A stretch of DNA of 64,000 nt from Nageia nagi (lineage: Eukaryota > Plantae > Pinophyta): the NCBI GenBank assembly GCA_050084985.1, contig JBITNC010000002.1:12648001-12712000 (forward strand). Direction: 5' to 3'. The translations under genes and the position numbers were made by a program. The notes under the pieces were generated by a model that saw only the letters and a list, made by a program, of their open reading frames with translations, was not told the DNA's origin and made no database searches. Numbering within the stretch: position 1 is the stretch's first letter; the number at the start of each line of letters is the position of its first letter. Of the stretch, positions 38,961 to 52,295 are shown one piece after another.

Positions 38961-40160
38961 TTATATATATTTTTCTTTGTTATTACAACAACCTTATCCT
39001 TATCTTGTGGCTTCTTCTTCATGGAATATTTGTACTTATATTTGGACTTCCCATGAGTCTTAAGTGTTAAAGTTTATATTAAAAGGAGAGATAAAATATA
39101 TTATTGATGGTTAAGAGGATAAAATATATTTTGTAGAAGCTCTTGAAACTCCTTCAACTTAAAACATTCAATTCATCACCATTATTGATAACATCACAGT
39201 ATGTTTTCTACCAAACTAAAGCATACCTTTCAAGTTTGTGTGAAAATTTATCAATCTTTTCCCAACCATCTTCAACCTTTTGCAATCTAAAAAATAATTG
39301 TATTTGCTTTAATTTTGCTTGTTCCATGATCAAGTGTTGGAGCATTACTTTCATGTTCATAATATTCCTTTTCAAATCATCATTTTCCATATCCATTTCT
39401 CTTTTCTTTATCTACTAAATTCTAGAGGCAATCTCGAGGTCTATCTCAACCAAATCTTCTTCACTCTCTTATCTAGTATAAGTACAAAAGAAACACAACT
39501 TTGCAATAGATTAATAACTACCTAAAAATAATCTAAACCATATTTGATAGCATATGATCTACACTCACCAAATACTTTAGCATATATAGATCCTCAAATA
39601 CAGATTATAAGATTTATTGCTTTCTAACTCTATTCTACATTCCCAATCATTTACTACAATGGTTGGCTTCTAAATACTAATATAGAATAGTAATTTCATT
39701 ACATTTTCTCATTCATTGATAACACAAAAGAATATAAAACACTTAAAAGTAGTTTGATTTTATTTATTGCATAAGAACATTACAATGAACCTAGAACAAA
39801 TTGTGTTTGCAACCTTTTCTACACAACTAAAATCTACTCTACATAAAAATAGTAAATTATGATTGTTCCTCTCTTTTCTAAAAATCCTCTTTCCACCCAA
39901 AATATCTTTTCTCAATAAAGCTCTCAAGAAATTTATAGTCAAAATTAACATGTTGTGGGTTTCTTGGGTCATTTAAACTTCTTCCATAAACCATGTTATT
40001 GTTCTAACCTCTTTAACACTCCTTTTAATATATCTCAAATCATTATAATGATTATAGATGGAGATCAATGGTCATCATCGTTATTAATATTATGGGATCT
40101 TCAATTGTATTTTCATGTTGTGATTTGTAAGGTTGCATCTTTAACAACAATGTTACACCA

Positions 40161-40750
40161 TGAAGATGATGACATTAGCATATGGTTTATTGCCCTCATG
40201 CAAGGCATTGAATACTAAATGTTGTATTCCAAATATGATGACATCAACATATGATTTGTTGCAATTTGGCAATGTATTAAGTACTAAATGATATATCGTA
40301 GAGATGATAACATCAATGTTCATCTAGTTTATAACACTCTACCAATATCTTTAATATTGAATGCCACATTGCAAATAAGATAAGTTCAACATATTATTTA
40401 TCACACTCTAGCAAGGTCTTCAATATTTAATACCATGTTACAAAGATGATGGTATCAGCATATGTTTTATCACACTCTAACAAGATCTTCAATATTGAAA
40501 ATCCTATTACAAAGATGATTACATTGGTATGTTATTTTCCAAACTTTGGTAAGGTCTTCAACATTGAATATGACATGTTGATCATCAGTATATGGTTTAT
40601 TTCACTCTTGCAAGATCTTTAGTGTTGAACACTACATTATGAAGATGATGACATTAACATATGGCTTATCGCACTATGATAAGCTCTTCAATTTTGAACA
40701 CCACACCATGAAGCTAATGACATCTTCATATAATTTGTTGCACTCCAATA
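40161..40750. repeat. ~69-bp minisatellite, ~9 copies (LTR copy 2)
   Basis: The same unit recurs at ~40162, 40231, 40301, 40373, 40443, 40512, 40580 (short), 40642 and 40711. Confidence 0.9.
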
Positions 40751-41941
40751 GGCATTTTCTTAAACCTTGGTAGGTATATTTTTTCCAAACAGTGTTTTCT
40801 TCTTGTGAAAAAGATTTTATACCTATGATAAAGTTATTCTAAATGTGGAAAGGGTTTTCTTTGACCATTATAAGCATTTTTTCTTTAGTTTCAATTCATT
40901 ATTGACTAAATTTTCAGCTCACTTACAAAACCCTAATTCATAAAGTTTAAGTGGAAAAGAATTAATGGATATTTCACTTTGAACCCATCTTCAATTTTCT
41001 CTAGTTCAAGGACATCTAGCCAATGCATAAATTCAAATGATCAAAGTGAAAATTCTTACTTCCAAATAAAAGATTTCAAAACCGTCGTTTATTTTTTTCA
41101 TGAACTCATAAAAAACCTACATAAATAAAAGCTTCAATAATATTTTCAAGTAATAATAGATAACCTATTTAATCTAGTCTATTTACTATATAGTATCAAT
41201 AGTTAAAATAGGTTAATTAGAATCATAACAATAAATGATCATCCTATTCAAAATAAACTAGTCGAATAATATTTTATTTAAGAACCCATTCTACTGAGAC
41301 ACCCAGGTCATGAGGCGAACTCCTAACTTCTTCATGTCCATTTCTAATGGTGTGGTTTAAATTTAGAATCTAATTCCATTAAAGAACCCAAGATTTTGAT
41401 TTTCATTCAAATTTCAAACAACAAGCCGCCAAGAATTTTATATTCACATAAGAGGAAAAGATACATAAATAATTATTCCTTTCAAGATCCTTACAAGTTA
41501 GTTTTTTTTCTCAAGAAGTACTTATGTAATCTTAAGAACTATAAGTTTTCCTAGTTTTCCTTTGACATTAATTTTGAATTCACCTATATAATTTAAACTA
41601 CTTTTTTCGGTAAATAAAATAATCATGCACATATAATTTATTTATTATTTTATTTTACCTAATTCTAGATCGTAATAACCATCATGTTTATTTTGCATTT
41701 CTCTATAGAAATTATTGATATTTTATTTCTTCGTCAACATCTCGATTGAAGTTTACTATAATTTATATTCTGCAATAATCAGCTCTGTATTCGATTGATT
41801 AATATTTCAAAGTATTTAACCATGTGTAAACTCAATTGAGAAGTTTTTCAAAGTACTTCACTAGGTTTGAAATGTATCTTTCATAAAGGATTTACATGGT
41901 TTTCTTTCTTACAATACATAGTTTCCAATACAATATCTTAA

Positions 41942-44540
41942 TTTTTTTTTAGGTAAAAATAAATATCTATTATTTATAATTTACAAAAGTATTACAGAAG
42001 CATACATAGCAAAATTACAAAAATCTACCGCCCATGCTTGTCCAACACAACCCGGTTTCTTGCGATTGGTCTTGTCAGCACCACTCGAAGTGATTACATC
42101 TGATATACAAGTTAGTGAGAAAGCTGATCCGTCTGCGAGATAGATGAATGGATCTACCTAGATGATAATTAGATGACGGTTGGGATGATTACTCACCAGC
42201 TATAAAGCATCAATATTAGAGGTTGAATGGATGTGTTGGCACCTTCCATGACTATATCGCTTAAGAAGCACAAAACTGAATGGCCTCCTGGGTGTTCCAA
42301 ATCTGTTGGGCGGACTCTAGCATTGAGAATCATGGTATTATCGAGTATTGATATTAACTAAATATTGAAAACTATGCAAATATATGGCATGAGAAACAGC
42401 GTGTGGGTAAAAGATTAAATCCCTGGCATACTAGAGATATCTTGGTGAGGTAAACTCAAGCGTTTTCTTTTTTGTTGTTGGTCTTCCATTTCTATGTGCT
42501 CGCCTTCTGAGAGTTCTTCAAGGGAGTGGATGCTTTTGTGTTGGAACTAAGTCATCCAGAGAGGACCCCAAGCTATTATGATCTACCATTCATATCATGA
42601 TAATGCAAAGCTGAGTGGTAGAGTTTCCCATATGTGAATAATTTGGTTTTCAAAACATTTTCAAATATTATCTGAAGTGGAGGCCCATCTTCGGAAAAGC
42701 ATACAGTTTCTTTCCAGCCAAATGTTCCAAGTTAACATTGTAAGGGACTTTAACCAAATAGGTAGGAGAGCTTCACAGTGATCCGGGGGTCTCCATGACT
42801 GGATGAGTTGGAATAGAGATTCAGGAGTGGTCCGAGAGATAGAGAAGTATAATAACAGTTTACCCGATAGACTGGATGAGAAGGGGCAATGTATTAACAG
42901 ATGAGTGCCAGTTTCCTCTCCTTCTCCACATAAAGGGTAGGTGATGTTGATTAGCCATCCATGCTTATAGAGTTGTGCCCCAGATAGGAATTTATTATGC
43001 GTAGCCAACCATAGATAGAAGTTTTCTTTTGGGCAAGCTGGGGATTTCCATACTTACCTCCAGGTCTGCGGAGGACGAGGGTCATACAGATCTTTGTGAA
43101 TAGCCTTATACATAGAAGCAACAGAGAACTTTTTAGTTCCCATCAATATCCATTTGATTTTATCATCTCCAACATCAAATGGAAGTCGATATTTATGGAG
43201 AATTCCTTCAAGGAGGAGGTCTGCTTGGTAGATATGAAGGAGTATTTGTGAAAGATTTTTCCAAATTTTAGTGAGTGTACAACTGTTTTCCTACCATAGA
43301 TAATATATTTTTACCTTAGAACCCTAGTGATTAGTTAAGAAATATTTGATACCTTGCACTTGTTCATTGTTGGAGAGGGAGGTTGCAAGTATCCATAGGT
43401 CCTCCCATAAATCTGCTTGTTGGCAATAATAACTTCCCAACCAAGGAAGGGAAACATAAATTTTTTGGATTTGTGAATTCCATTCCAAGTTATTGATCCT
43501 TTGGGGAAATCAACTGTTGTGAAGATGTAGTGAGGTTCTAGCAAATCTAAGTACTTGGACCTAAAAGCTTTTCTCCACTGGAAAGAGTGCTCAAAATAGA
43601 GAGACAAAATCAATTTGCAAATCATAGCAGTGTTCATGTATCATAGAATTTTGGAGCACACTTTCATCCATTCCACTAGATGCATCTCTTTTTCTTCTTT
43701 TGTTCCTTGCTAGAGGAAGTATCTCATTAATTTTTCTAATCTTGCTATTATCTTTTCTAGGATCCAAAAAGCTCCCATCCAAAATGTAGGGATGGCACCT
43801 AGAAATGGCCTTTATTTTAATTAATTGGCCACCATATGATAACCATTTTGCTTTCCATGATTCAAGTTTTATTTTAAGTTTTCCAATAATGTGTTCCCAA
43901 AAATCATTGAGGTTTCCACCTGAAGCTAGAGGCATGCCCAAATACTTGCTTGGGAGAGAACTAATATTCATTCCTATCATTTTTGGAGAAAAGCTTGAGC
44001 TGAGATTTATTAATATTGATTCCAAAAATATTTGATTTGGATAGGTTTATGGCTTGCCCTAATACAATTCCATATATGTGTAACAAGCTTTGCAATTTAA
44101 GGATTTTAGGGATAGATAGGAAGGAAACAAGAAGGGTGTCATTACCAAAATGAGAATGAGTTATAGGCTTGCATATTTCATTGATGGGAAGACCTTGTAT
44201 GGTATCCTTGGTTTGGAAATTAGAGAGACCTCAACTAAGGATATCAACAAAGATGATAAATAAGTATAGAGATAAGGGATCACCTTATATTAGGGCAAGG
44301 GATCTTTTAAAAAATTCTTTCGAATATCCATTTATCAAAAATGAAAAAGAAGGATTTGTATAAAGAGACGATAGCCATTTTACCCAACTTGGATCAAAAC
44401 CTAGTTTTCTTAATATTTGATCTAAAAAACATCAATTGATATAATCGAAAGCTTTCATCATGTCCAATTTAAGTAGAAGGCCTTTTTGTAGGTGATGTTG
44501 AAGAAAGAAAGTATATTAATTTCCTTGGGTGACTAAAAGT
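41942..44540 (-). mobile_element. L1 LINE, 3' part of ORF2 (RT C-terminal half, zf-RVT) with poly(A) end
   Basis: GLLLKLDMMKAFD (~44450), GDPLSLYLFII (~44240), KYLGMPL...KLESWKAKWLSYGG (43591-44025), zf-RVT-like LCGEGEETGTHLLIHCPF..WNIWLERN (42661-43008). T-run at 41942-41950. Confidence 0.9.
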
Positions 44541-47500
44541 GATCAATACGACTAAAAGTACAATCATATATATGAAGCCACCAAACCCCTAGTGGGGCCT
44601 CTAAAGAAAACATAAAAGAATAAACAACTACAAGTGTATAAGAGAAATATGGCCCTAAATAAAGGAGGGATACAAAAACTAAGGCTCCCCAGGCAATGTC
44701 ACTTTGGACCACACTAGGGGAGCATATAGTGATACTTGCTACTCTATGGAGAGTTGAAGCATGATCACTATGAGATGTGTCTATGATACTACTACTAGAG
44801 GAGAAGAAGGATGTGATTCAATGCATCCATGAAGGATCCTTAGTGATTTGTGTACATCTCTTGGTCTGGCATGGTGGATGTAGATGCTTGTTTTGATGTC
44901 TCCTATGAGCTCACTCAGTGGAAGATGCATGAAAAAAGGATATGATGAGTTGATCTACAAGTCATTGTTGAGCTCAAACTAGAAGTTATCATCGTAAAAG
45001 TAGGGCCTCTTGAAAGTATAGAGCCAACTATTACTAATAAATATAATAGATGAATGTGCTTAGAGAGTTATGTGAGTCTCAAAAAGGTAGTAATAGCATC
45101 CTTAGATCTCATAGTAAATCGAGCATCAAAAAATGAAATGGATCTCAAACTCAATCTCAAGAGAGTAAAGGTGATAAACTAGAAGGTCTCTAACTATGTG
45201 GTGGTCTATTGCCATACTTATATTGGTATGAACATACTCAAAACTAACCAATAGCTAATCTCAAGTACAAAGGATGATGCAAGCTATGTATCTAGGTGGT
45301 TGGATCAACCCCTTATCTAAGTGGAGGTAATGATGAGGATAATGGTATATTTTGGGCATCAATGGTTATGAGGGAGATACCCAAGTAACTTGAATATAAG
45401 ATCTATGGGTCGTCTACTGGATCAATTTGTAGGAGGCTACTTCCTCTTGTAGTGAACCTACAAGTGGTGAAGGAAGGCTATCTAATGAGAAGCTAAATCT
45501 CAAAAGCATCTCAAAGACCTTGATAAATTAGCATCAATAACAACCTTGGACAGATAAGTTGATTAAGGAAGCTATAGCTCTAACTAGAAGTCTACCACTC
45601 CCATGGGTAGATAAATTATGAATATGATAAATAAAGTGGAAAAAGATAGTGAGGGCCCAAACTAGAAGAGGCTAACATCCAAATATTCTAAGGATAATAG
45701 GGCGTAAGAATATCCTCTTACTCTATATGAAGCATTATGGGAAGGTGATCAAGATCCTATCTATCAATTTCCAATTAGCAATAAACAAGTTGGTTGCCAA
45801 ACCTCTACTTCATACAAAGATGTAGGTATAAATAGGTTCTAGAATAATTCTAACTTGGAGGGAATATCCTAAAATTGTAATTAGAAATATGGCCTTTCTA
45901 AAGTTGACAAGGGTGCATACCCTTGATGAACTCTGGGTGGCACTATTGACCTCATGGAGAATTTGGGACTTGAGAAGAGCACTCCTAAGGAAGTATAAGA
46001 TGAGGTAGTCTCTATATTAATGTTGTGAAAGCTAAGTTGTGTTCGATCCATCATGGCCTTTGAAACATTAAATTCCTTAACCTTAGTCTTACTAAGGTTC
46101 ATTGCCAACTCCTTCTTAGCACTAAACCTATCAAGAGCATTGAGCAAAAATAAGTAAGATAGTAATAAAATGTCATTAGCAAAGACATCAATACCATGAA
46201 GAAGGCATCCACATGTAGACCCTATTGTCTCAAGGATAAAGGACTCCAACTCATCTATATATAACCCAAACAAAGTTGGAGAGAGAAGGAAACCCTATTT
46301 CACCCCTACATTGCTAAGAACACTATCAAAGAGTCCATTTGAGGTGCATGCTTGACATAAGAGCATATCATAAAAAGTTAAGATAGTCACTAAACCCTCT
46401 TGTGATACTCCTAAACTCATTAGCCACTTCATGAGTTTGTGTTGAGGAATAATGTCAAAGGATTTCTTGAAGTCTATAAAATAATAGAATATTAGAGACT
46501 TTTGGAATCTAGCATCCTCAATAATTGCCTTGAGTGTGAAAATATGATTAGAGGTACTATAGTCTATATGAAAGCCATCCTATGCCATAGCTTGAAACCC
46601 CCTAGAGTTAGCCATCCAAGATAGATACCCCTCCAATACTATGGCATACAATTATCCAAGGTGTAGCCAATCATCATGGTATGATAATTGCTCAATTAAT
46701 TAGGATCATTGATCTTAAAGATGGGATGAATTATGTTCAAAGTCCAAGAAGATGGAAAACTAGAGAAAATAACATCTTAAAGAGCCACACAAGGATGGGG
46801 GAAGGTGTGGATGGCATGCTTAAGGAATTTGGCCTGAAGATCTTCAATATCCATGACCTTCCTCGAGTTTAGTTTCTAAATTATAGAATAGATGAGGAAG
46901 GATGAGAAAAAGTTTGAAGTGAGGGCAAGGTGGATAGGAATGACTGTGGGATGTCTGCCAAAAGTGTATAAGCAAGAGGCATAATTCTTCCAAGCATGAA
47001 GAGAAATGGAATTTGTGAGGTATTTTTTAGGTAAGAAGAAGAGCTAAAATAATTTTGGGTTAGAATGAAGTGAAGAGATGATCTCAATTATCCTTTTGAA
47101 AAAGAAGTGATGTTTCTTAGTCATAAGGAGATGGTGGTAGGATTGATGCAGCATAGTAGTGGAGGTGGATCTAGGGTCACAAACCATGGATCAACAAAGG
47201 TGGTGATGGGAATCCTTGCACTCAAGATTGAACCAAGGATTCATCAGATAATGGCCTAGGTGGTGAAAGTGGGGGGTGGGCCTAGTTTGTAGGGAAAGGC
47301 TTGGAGTAAGTGAAAGGAAGTAGCAAGAAAGGAGGTTTGAACCTCTATCGATGGGAGGGAGGGTAAAGAGAGGAGTTTTTACTATAGGATATTATTGTAG
47401 AGTGGGTATAACTCTGAGTCAAATAAGATGGATAAGCAAGGAGCTCTGGGAGTGGGAGTTGGAGTATTAGCAAAGGGGGGATGTGGAATATGGTCTAAAA

Positions 47501-49270
47501 GAGAGAAGGTGAGGTGGGCATGGCCAGCTAACAAAAGGGAGAGATGATAGAGAAGAAACGAGATGTGGGATGAGAGTAGTACTAGAGAGGATGTAATCTA
47601 CCACACTTGTACCTCTTGCATATGGGAAATAAGTGTAGTATCAATACTAAGGAAAATGAATAATACCATAACGAATCAAAAGATCATGGGTCTCACCAAG
47701 CTCAAATAGGAATATCCCATAGCATGTAGGGTGCATGAGATCATTGAAGTCTCTCTAAACTGATAATGGTTGGTCTAGCACTTGACTATGTAGTGAATTA
47801 GTAATGCTATCAAAATACTATATTTGTAGGTTCCCTATCCTACCATTGAAGTCCCCTAGAAATATAATCTTCCCTTGGGTAGAATATCTAGTAATAATAA
47901 GAAAGAGGTCAAGATACGGGGACTCCCCTATGTCCTGAATAGCATAACCTAAAGATGATAGAGAGAAGTAACAATTAGTAATATAAATTCTCCTAAGAGG
48001 TGGAGTCCTTGCCAATGAAATCCAAATATAATGCATATGAGTGTTAATGCCCTTTGTAGGAACTCTAGAAAAAAATGATCTTTGATAAGGAAGGCCACCC
48101 CTCCCGATCCTTGACTATTGAAACCTAAATGGAAATAAGTCTTGTAGATATAAATCCAGATGAATCTTGAGAAGGGAGGGAACCCATAATAGAGCTCTCA
48201 TGTGTCTTGAAAAAGAGTATCCATTCATACTTATAGATGATGTCATGGATTGAGATGGAATAAGACCAAAGCATCCTATTACAATTCCACACTAATACTA
48301 TAAGTGTAAAGAGTTCTAAAGGAGCCCTAATAGGGCATCATTTGGCTATAGAGAAAGATGGAGCCTAAGGCTTTTACCAACTTTAATGGAAGGAATCTCT
48401 AACCTAGGCTCAATAATTCCTAGTAGCAACCCATTCACCCAACTTTCGAGTCTCTATAACTTCCTTTCTAGTTGATGCTAACTCTTGTGATTACATTCGA
48501 GCAAGGTCCTTATCATTGAAGATATGATCTGGAAGAGCAAATAATTTTTTTTTCCATAAAATAATTAGCTTATGTTCAACTAAGGGAAAATGAGCAATCA
48601 AAGAAGAATCTTAAGCTAGCCAAGCATGAATAATAGGGATGTTGGGTAGCTTCAAAGTAGAATGAATGACATCCTAAACCACATTGAAAGGATTATATCC
48701 TATAGATAACCTTTTGATGCATATGTTAAGAGGTTTTTTTACTGCCTATGCCTCTCTTCTTCAAACTTCTCATTTAGCATTTCTTCTATAAATTAAACTT
48801 GTTCAACCATGTCAAAAATAATGGGACTATTTTTACTCTTGGCTACATGAACCCATAAACTATGTTGCTCTACCTAATTTTGGATAGATTGTTGGTGAAT
48901 AGTGGTTTCCTATTTGAGTTGTTCATGTTGTGCAAGAATTATTGATTGTTTATCTTTAAGTTTAGTGACCACTTCATGTAGTTGTTGTAATTTTGGATTA
49001 GTAATAAAAGAGGCCTATGAATTTCCAAGTTTCTCAATTCTATTCTTTAATTCTTGTATGGCTCAATCCTTTTCTTATGAATGTTATTCCAAAAAGATAA
49101 ATTATTCATCTTATGCATTGATGGTATTATTTTTCTCTAAGACCAAAATAGAGATGCCCAAGAGTTGCTTCTCAAATAGGTCCAACTTTTGTTGGAATGA
49201 ATTCATCCTTCCTTGTATTTTTGAATCTATGTTTTCTATATACAAGTTCTTAAGTGACTGTATTTTGTTC
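44541..49270 (-). mobile_element. Nearly full-length degenerate LINE of a second family (coiled-coil ORF1, APE endonuclease, RT)
   Basis: Endonuclease IIFLGDFNGRIG (47818-48036). RT ..LSPTLFGLYIDELE..FANDILLLS..MNLSKTKV (45881-46290). Coiled-coil ORF1 remnant at 48300-49270. Confidence 0.85.
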
Positions 49271-52200
49271 TTTCTATAGGTCATATAGGTTCAAAGAGTG
49301 GACGAGTTCTTGAATTATTGTAATCCCATCTAGGATTTGATGCCCTTAACAAATACCTTTTATTCTTTGATGATTATATATGAGAGCACCTGTTTTGTTC
49401 TATTCGCTACTACTTTTGATATACTTTTCAAGATGGTATTACAAAGTGAGATTATTCTAAATGAGTTGATGGTTTTTGAATTTTTTTATTTTGTTATAAG
49501 GACCAAGAAAGTATGGTTCAACCATATTAGCATCTCTTTTGAAGCAAAGAACTTTGTTACCACTCCAAAAATTTCTTCTTTAAGTAAATTATAAAAATGT
49601 TAAAAGAATCCAAGGGGGAATCCATATGGGTCTAGTGCTCCAAAAGGTTTCATTTCAAAAAGAGCAATTTCAACATTTGCATTGGAAATAAGGGAAAATT
49701 GACAGTTGTACATGGGAGTAATCAAATTTGGGGTGAACTTTAAGAATTATTGTTGGGCTTCCCATTGGTCCACCTCTTCTTTTGTGAGCAAGTAGGAATA
49801 AAAAGTTATGATATGCTAATCTATATCTTTTAGATTAGAGAGAGTTTGGCCATTGGGAGTATCCAAGGTAGAAATATGGTTTTGTTCCCTATGAGACATA
49901 GTGGATGAATAGAAATATTTTATGTTTTTTTCCCCTTCATTTATCTAATGAATGTGAGATTTTTGTTTTCTAATTTTGTTGGAGCTATGTTTCAATCTCA
50001 AATATTTTTCATTCAAGGTTATTTATTTTCTCAAATATATTACCAAATAAATTTTTATTCCACAAGCTAAGGTTTCCTTTAATACTAAAATACTTTTGTG
50101 GAAAATTGGTACATATTGGTGCCATAATAATCATCTTCTTCACACCACCAATTTTCAATAAGTCTATCAAAACCTTCTTGCTACATCCACATTCGTTTAA
50201 ACTTGAAAGTGAATTTATGGATTTGATTTAAGATTTCAAGGAGAAGTTGATTGGGCCAATTATTAGATCCTCCATAAGGGATGATATTTGATTATGGTAA
50301 GATCCCTCTTTCTAATCTATTTTCTCAGAGGAGAAACCTATATAATCTTTCTAGAATAAGACCCTTATTCGATCTCTTACTTGTCCAAGTGTACCACCCT
50401 TTGGAGCAAAAAGGTTCCTTTAATTGTAGATCATTTATAAAATCATTAAAAGGATTAGATAATTGATTCAATTTCCTAATGCTACGTTGCTTTTCATCTA
50501 TGTATCTTAGGGTATTGAAATCACCATAAAAAATACTAGAAAGACAAGCATAGAGATTTGACCACTAGATGAGCTGAGTCCTAATGGTTTGATGATGTTC
50601 TAAATGACCATAAATATTGATAGGATAGTAGAGATAATAGGTGTGGAGACATTTGGTTTGTATGGACATCCAAATTTTCTTCTTATGGATAGTAGTGTAA
50701 ATCACATAGGAATTATCTTAGAGTGTGATTGAACCTCCTGATCTCCCATTAGATTTACATGCCTACATAGAACTCCTAGACCAAATTTTCTTCTTGATAT
50801 TATCTACCTCTGATAAAAGCAGTTTAGATTATTGAATATACAAAATTATTGGCTTTTATTTTTTGACAAAGGTTTTGACTTTTTTTATTTTATTTAAGGA
50901 TTGAAACCCCTTGATATTGTAGGAATTTATCTTCATATAAAATTATTTGCTTATTTTGGAGTCCCAAAGGGTACCCAATTGTGACTATGAGCCATCTCTA
51001 ATAATCCACATTATCTATTATAGACATAGTTCTTGATTAGAGTGTTTTCATCTTTTTTGATCATGGCTTCCTAAGACCAATTTGAGAATATCTGGAGATT
51101 GTTTCAAATTTGCTTTAAGGCCTATAGATCCAAGTTATTATTTGTGGGAGTTATGTTGTTCCTTTGGATGAGGGATAAGATTTTGTTTTTCTCCTTGTGT
51201 ATCCATGTTGAGATCCATACTTCATATTTTGGGGTTTGCTTACAGGCTATTGATAGTAGTAGAATATACCTACATTAGCTCCATTGATTGAGTTTTTGAT
51301 GATTCCTAGGTTTTATTGGGATTATTGGGAGTAGGTTGGCTTGGTTGTGGTTCAATAGAAGATGATGGGTTAGTATCTTCTATCATAACTAGGAGAGCTT
51401 GGTAACTATTTTGTAGATTGTTATTCATGGTAATATTAGCTAGTGGAAGGATTTCCTAATGTTTTTTTATGTCTTGGGCTAAGGTAGGCTAGGGTTCTTA
51501 AGTACTTTCAATCAAAATGGAGTTTGAACATTTCCAAGCCAAGTGGCCATAATATGGTAGATCTTATATCTAAAGAGGATGTTTTCATAATCAAGTTATT
51601 ATAACCATACAAAGGTCTTCCCTTGAATGGTCACCATTTTAGGTAGGGGGCTTTCTATGTTGAGGTGAACATAGATTCTTGCATAGGAAATATTTTGGTA
51701 ACCTCTAGTCATATTTGAAACACCCATAAAAGTGTCCAAGGAGTTACCCATAGCTTTAAAACTAATTCATGCCAAAGTTTTAAGGACATATCATATAACC
51801 AAACCTAAACAGGGGCAAAGGAGGGAAGTTAAACTGATGGTTTAAACTTTGGATGCCAAAGTTTCATAAATAAATAAGTCTTTCCCATGAACAAAGGATC
51901 ACCTTGAAAGATTATGTCTCTATCTTCTTCATTGTCAAAATAAAATAAGAAATAACCATGAGAATAAAGGCTAAAGGATACCTAACTAGTATTACTCTAG
52001 TTTGTATCTCTCGAGGCTTGTATGGTAGGAAGCAAAGGGTGAACTTCCAAAAATCAACATATCATAACTTTGGCTACTAATTTAGCTATACTAGGGTTAA
52101 TGTGTTCATCATCAATCAAGATTATCAGAGAGATATTTGAGGAGAGAAAAACCCATCTTCATTCTTCTTCTAATCAAAGGAAGAAATGTGAAAGGTACAT

Positions 52201-52295
52201 CTTTATCAACTAAGAGCATTGGAATGTCTTGGAAGAGTATGTCATTGATGAAGCACTTCCCTATACAATGTTTTAGAAGGGGTGGTTATCCCTCT
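49271..52295 (-). mobile_element. L1 LINE, 5' part (ORF1 DUF4283/zinc-knuckle region, endonuclease, RT N-terminus)
   Basis: ORF1 relic with ARIYVHLNI..PLP and DYENILF at ~51570-51690. ORF2 start MKINSYNIKG at ~50936. FYGDFNT at ~50515. QILDGITIIQELVHS at ~49295-49338. Cut at 52295 by the Copia LTR. Confidence 0.85.

Larger units (their letters stand above)
35838..40910 (-). mobile_element. Non-autonomous Gypsy-type LTR element (gag-protease remnants) with ~1.4-kb LTRs containing a minisatellite
   Basis: Homologous blocks at 35838-~37250 and 39555-~40910 both start tgatcta. A degenerate PBS complement tttgatagca (from ctctgatacca) lies at ~39543-39552. Gag relic ..EKIDKFSHKLERYALVW (39208-39396). 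Protease C-terminal relic IVGIVLGSPYLFDRDVIYYRKKNEY at ~37650-37740. Confidence 0.75.

Noticed and set aside
36464-40750. Regularly spaced repeats resembling a CRISPR array
   Set aside because: Whole 69-bp units are homologous (no unique spacers), they lie inside LTRs, the context is eukaryotic, and there are no cas genes.
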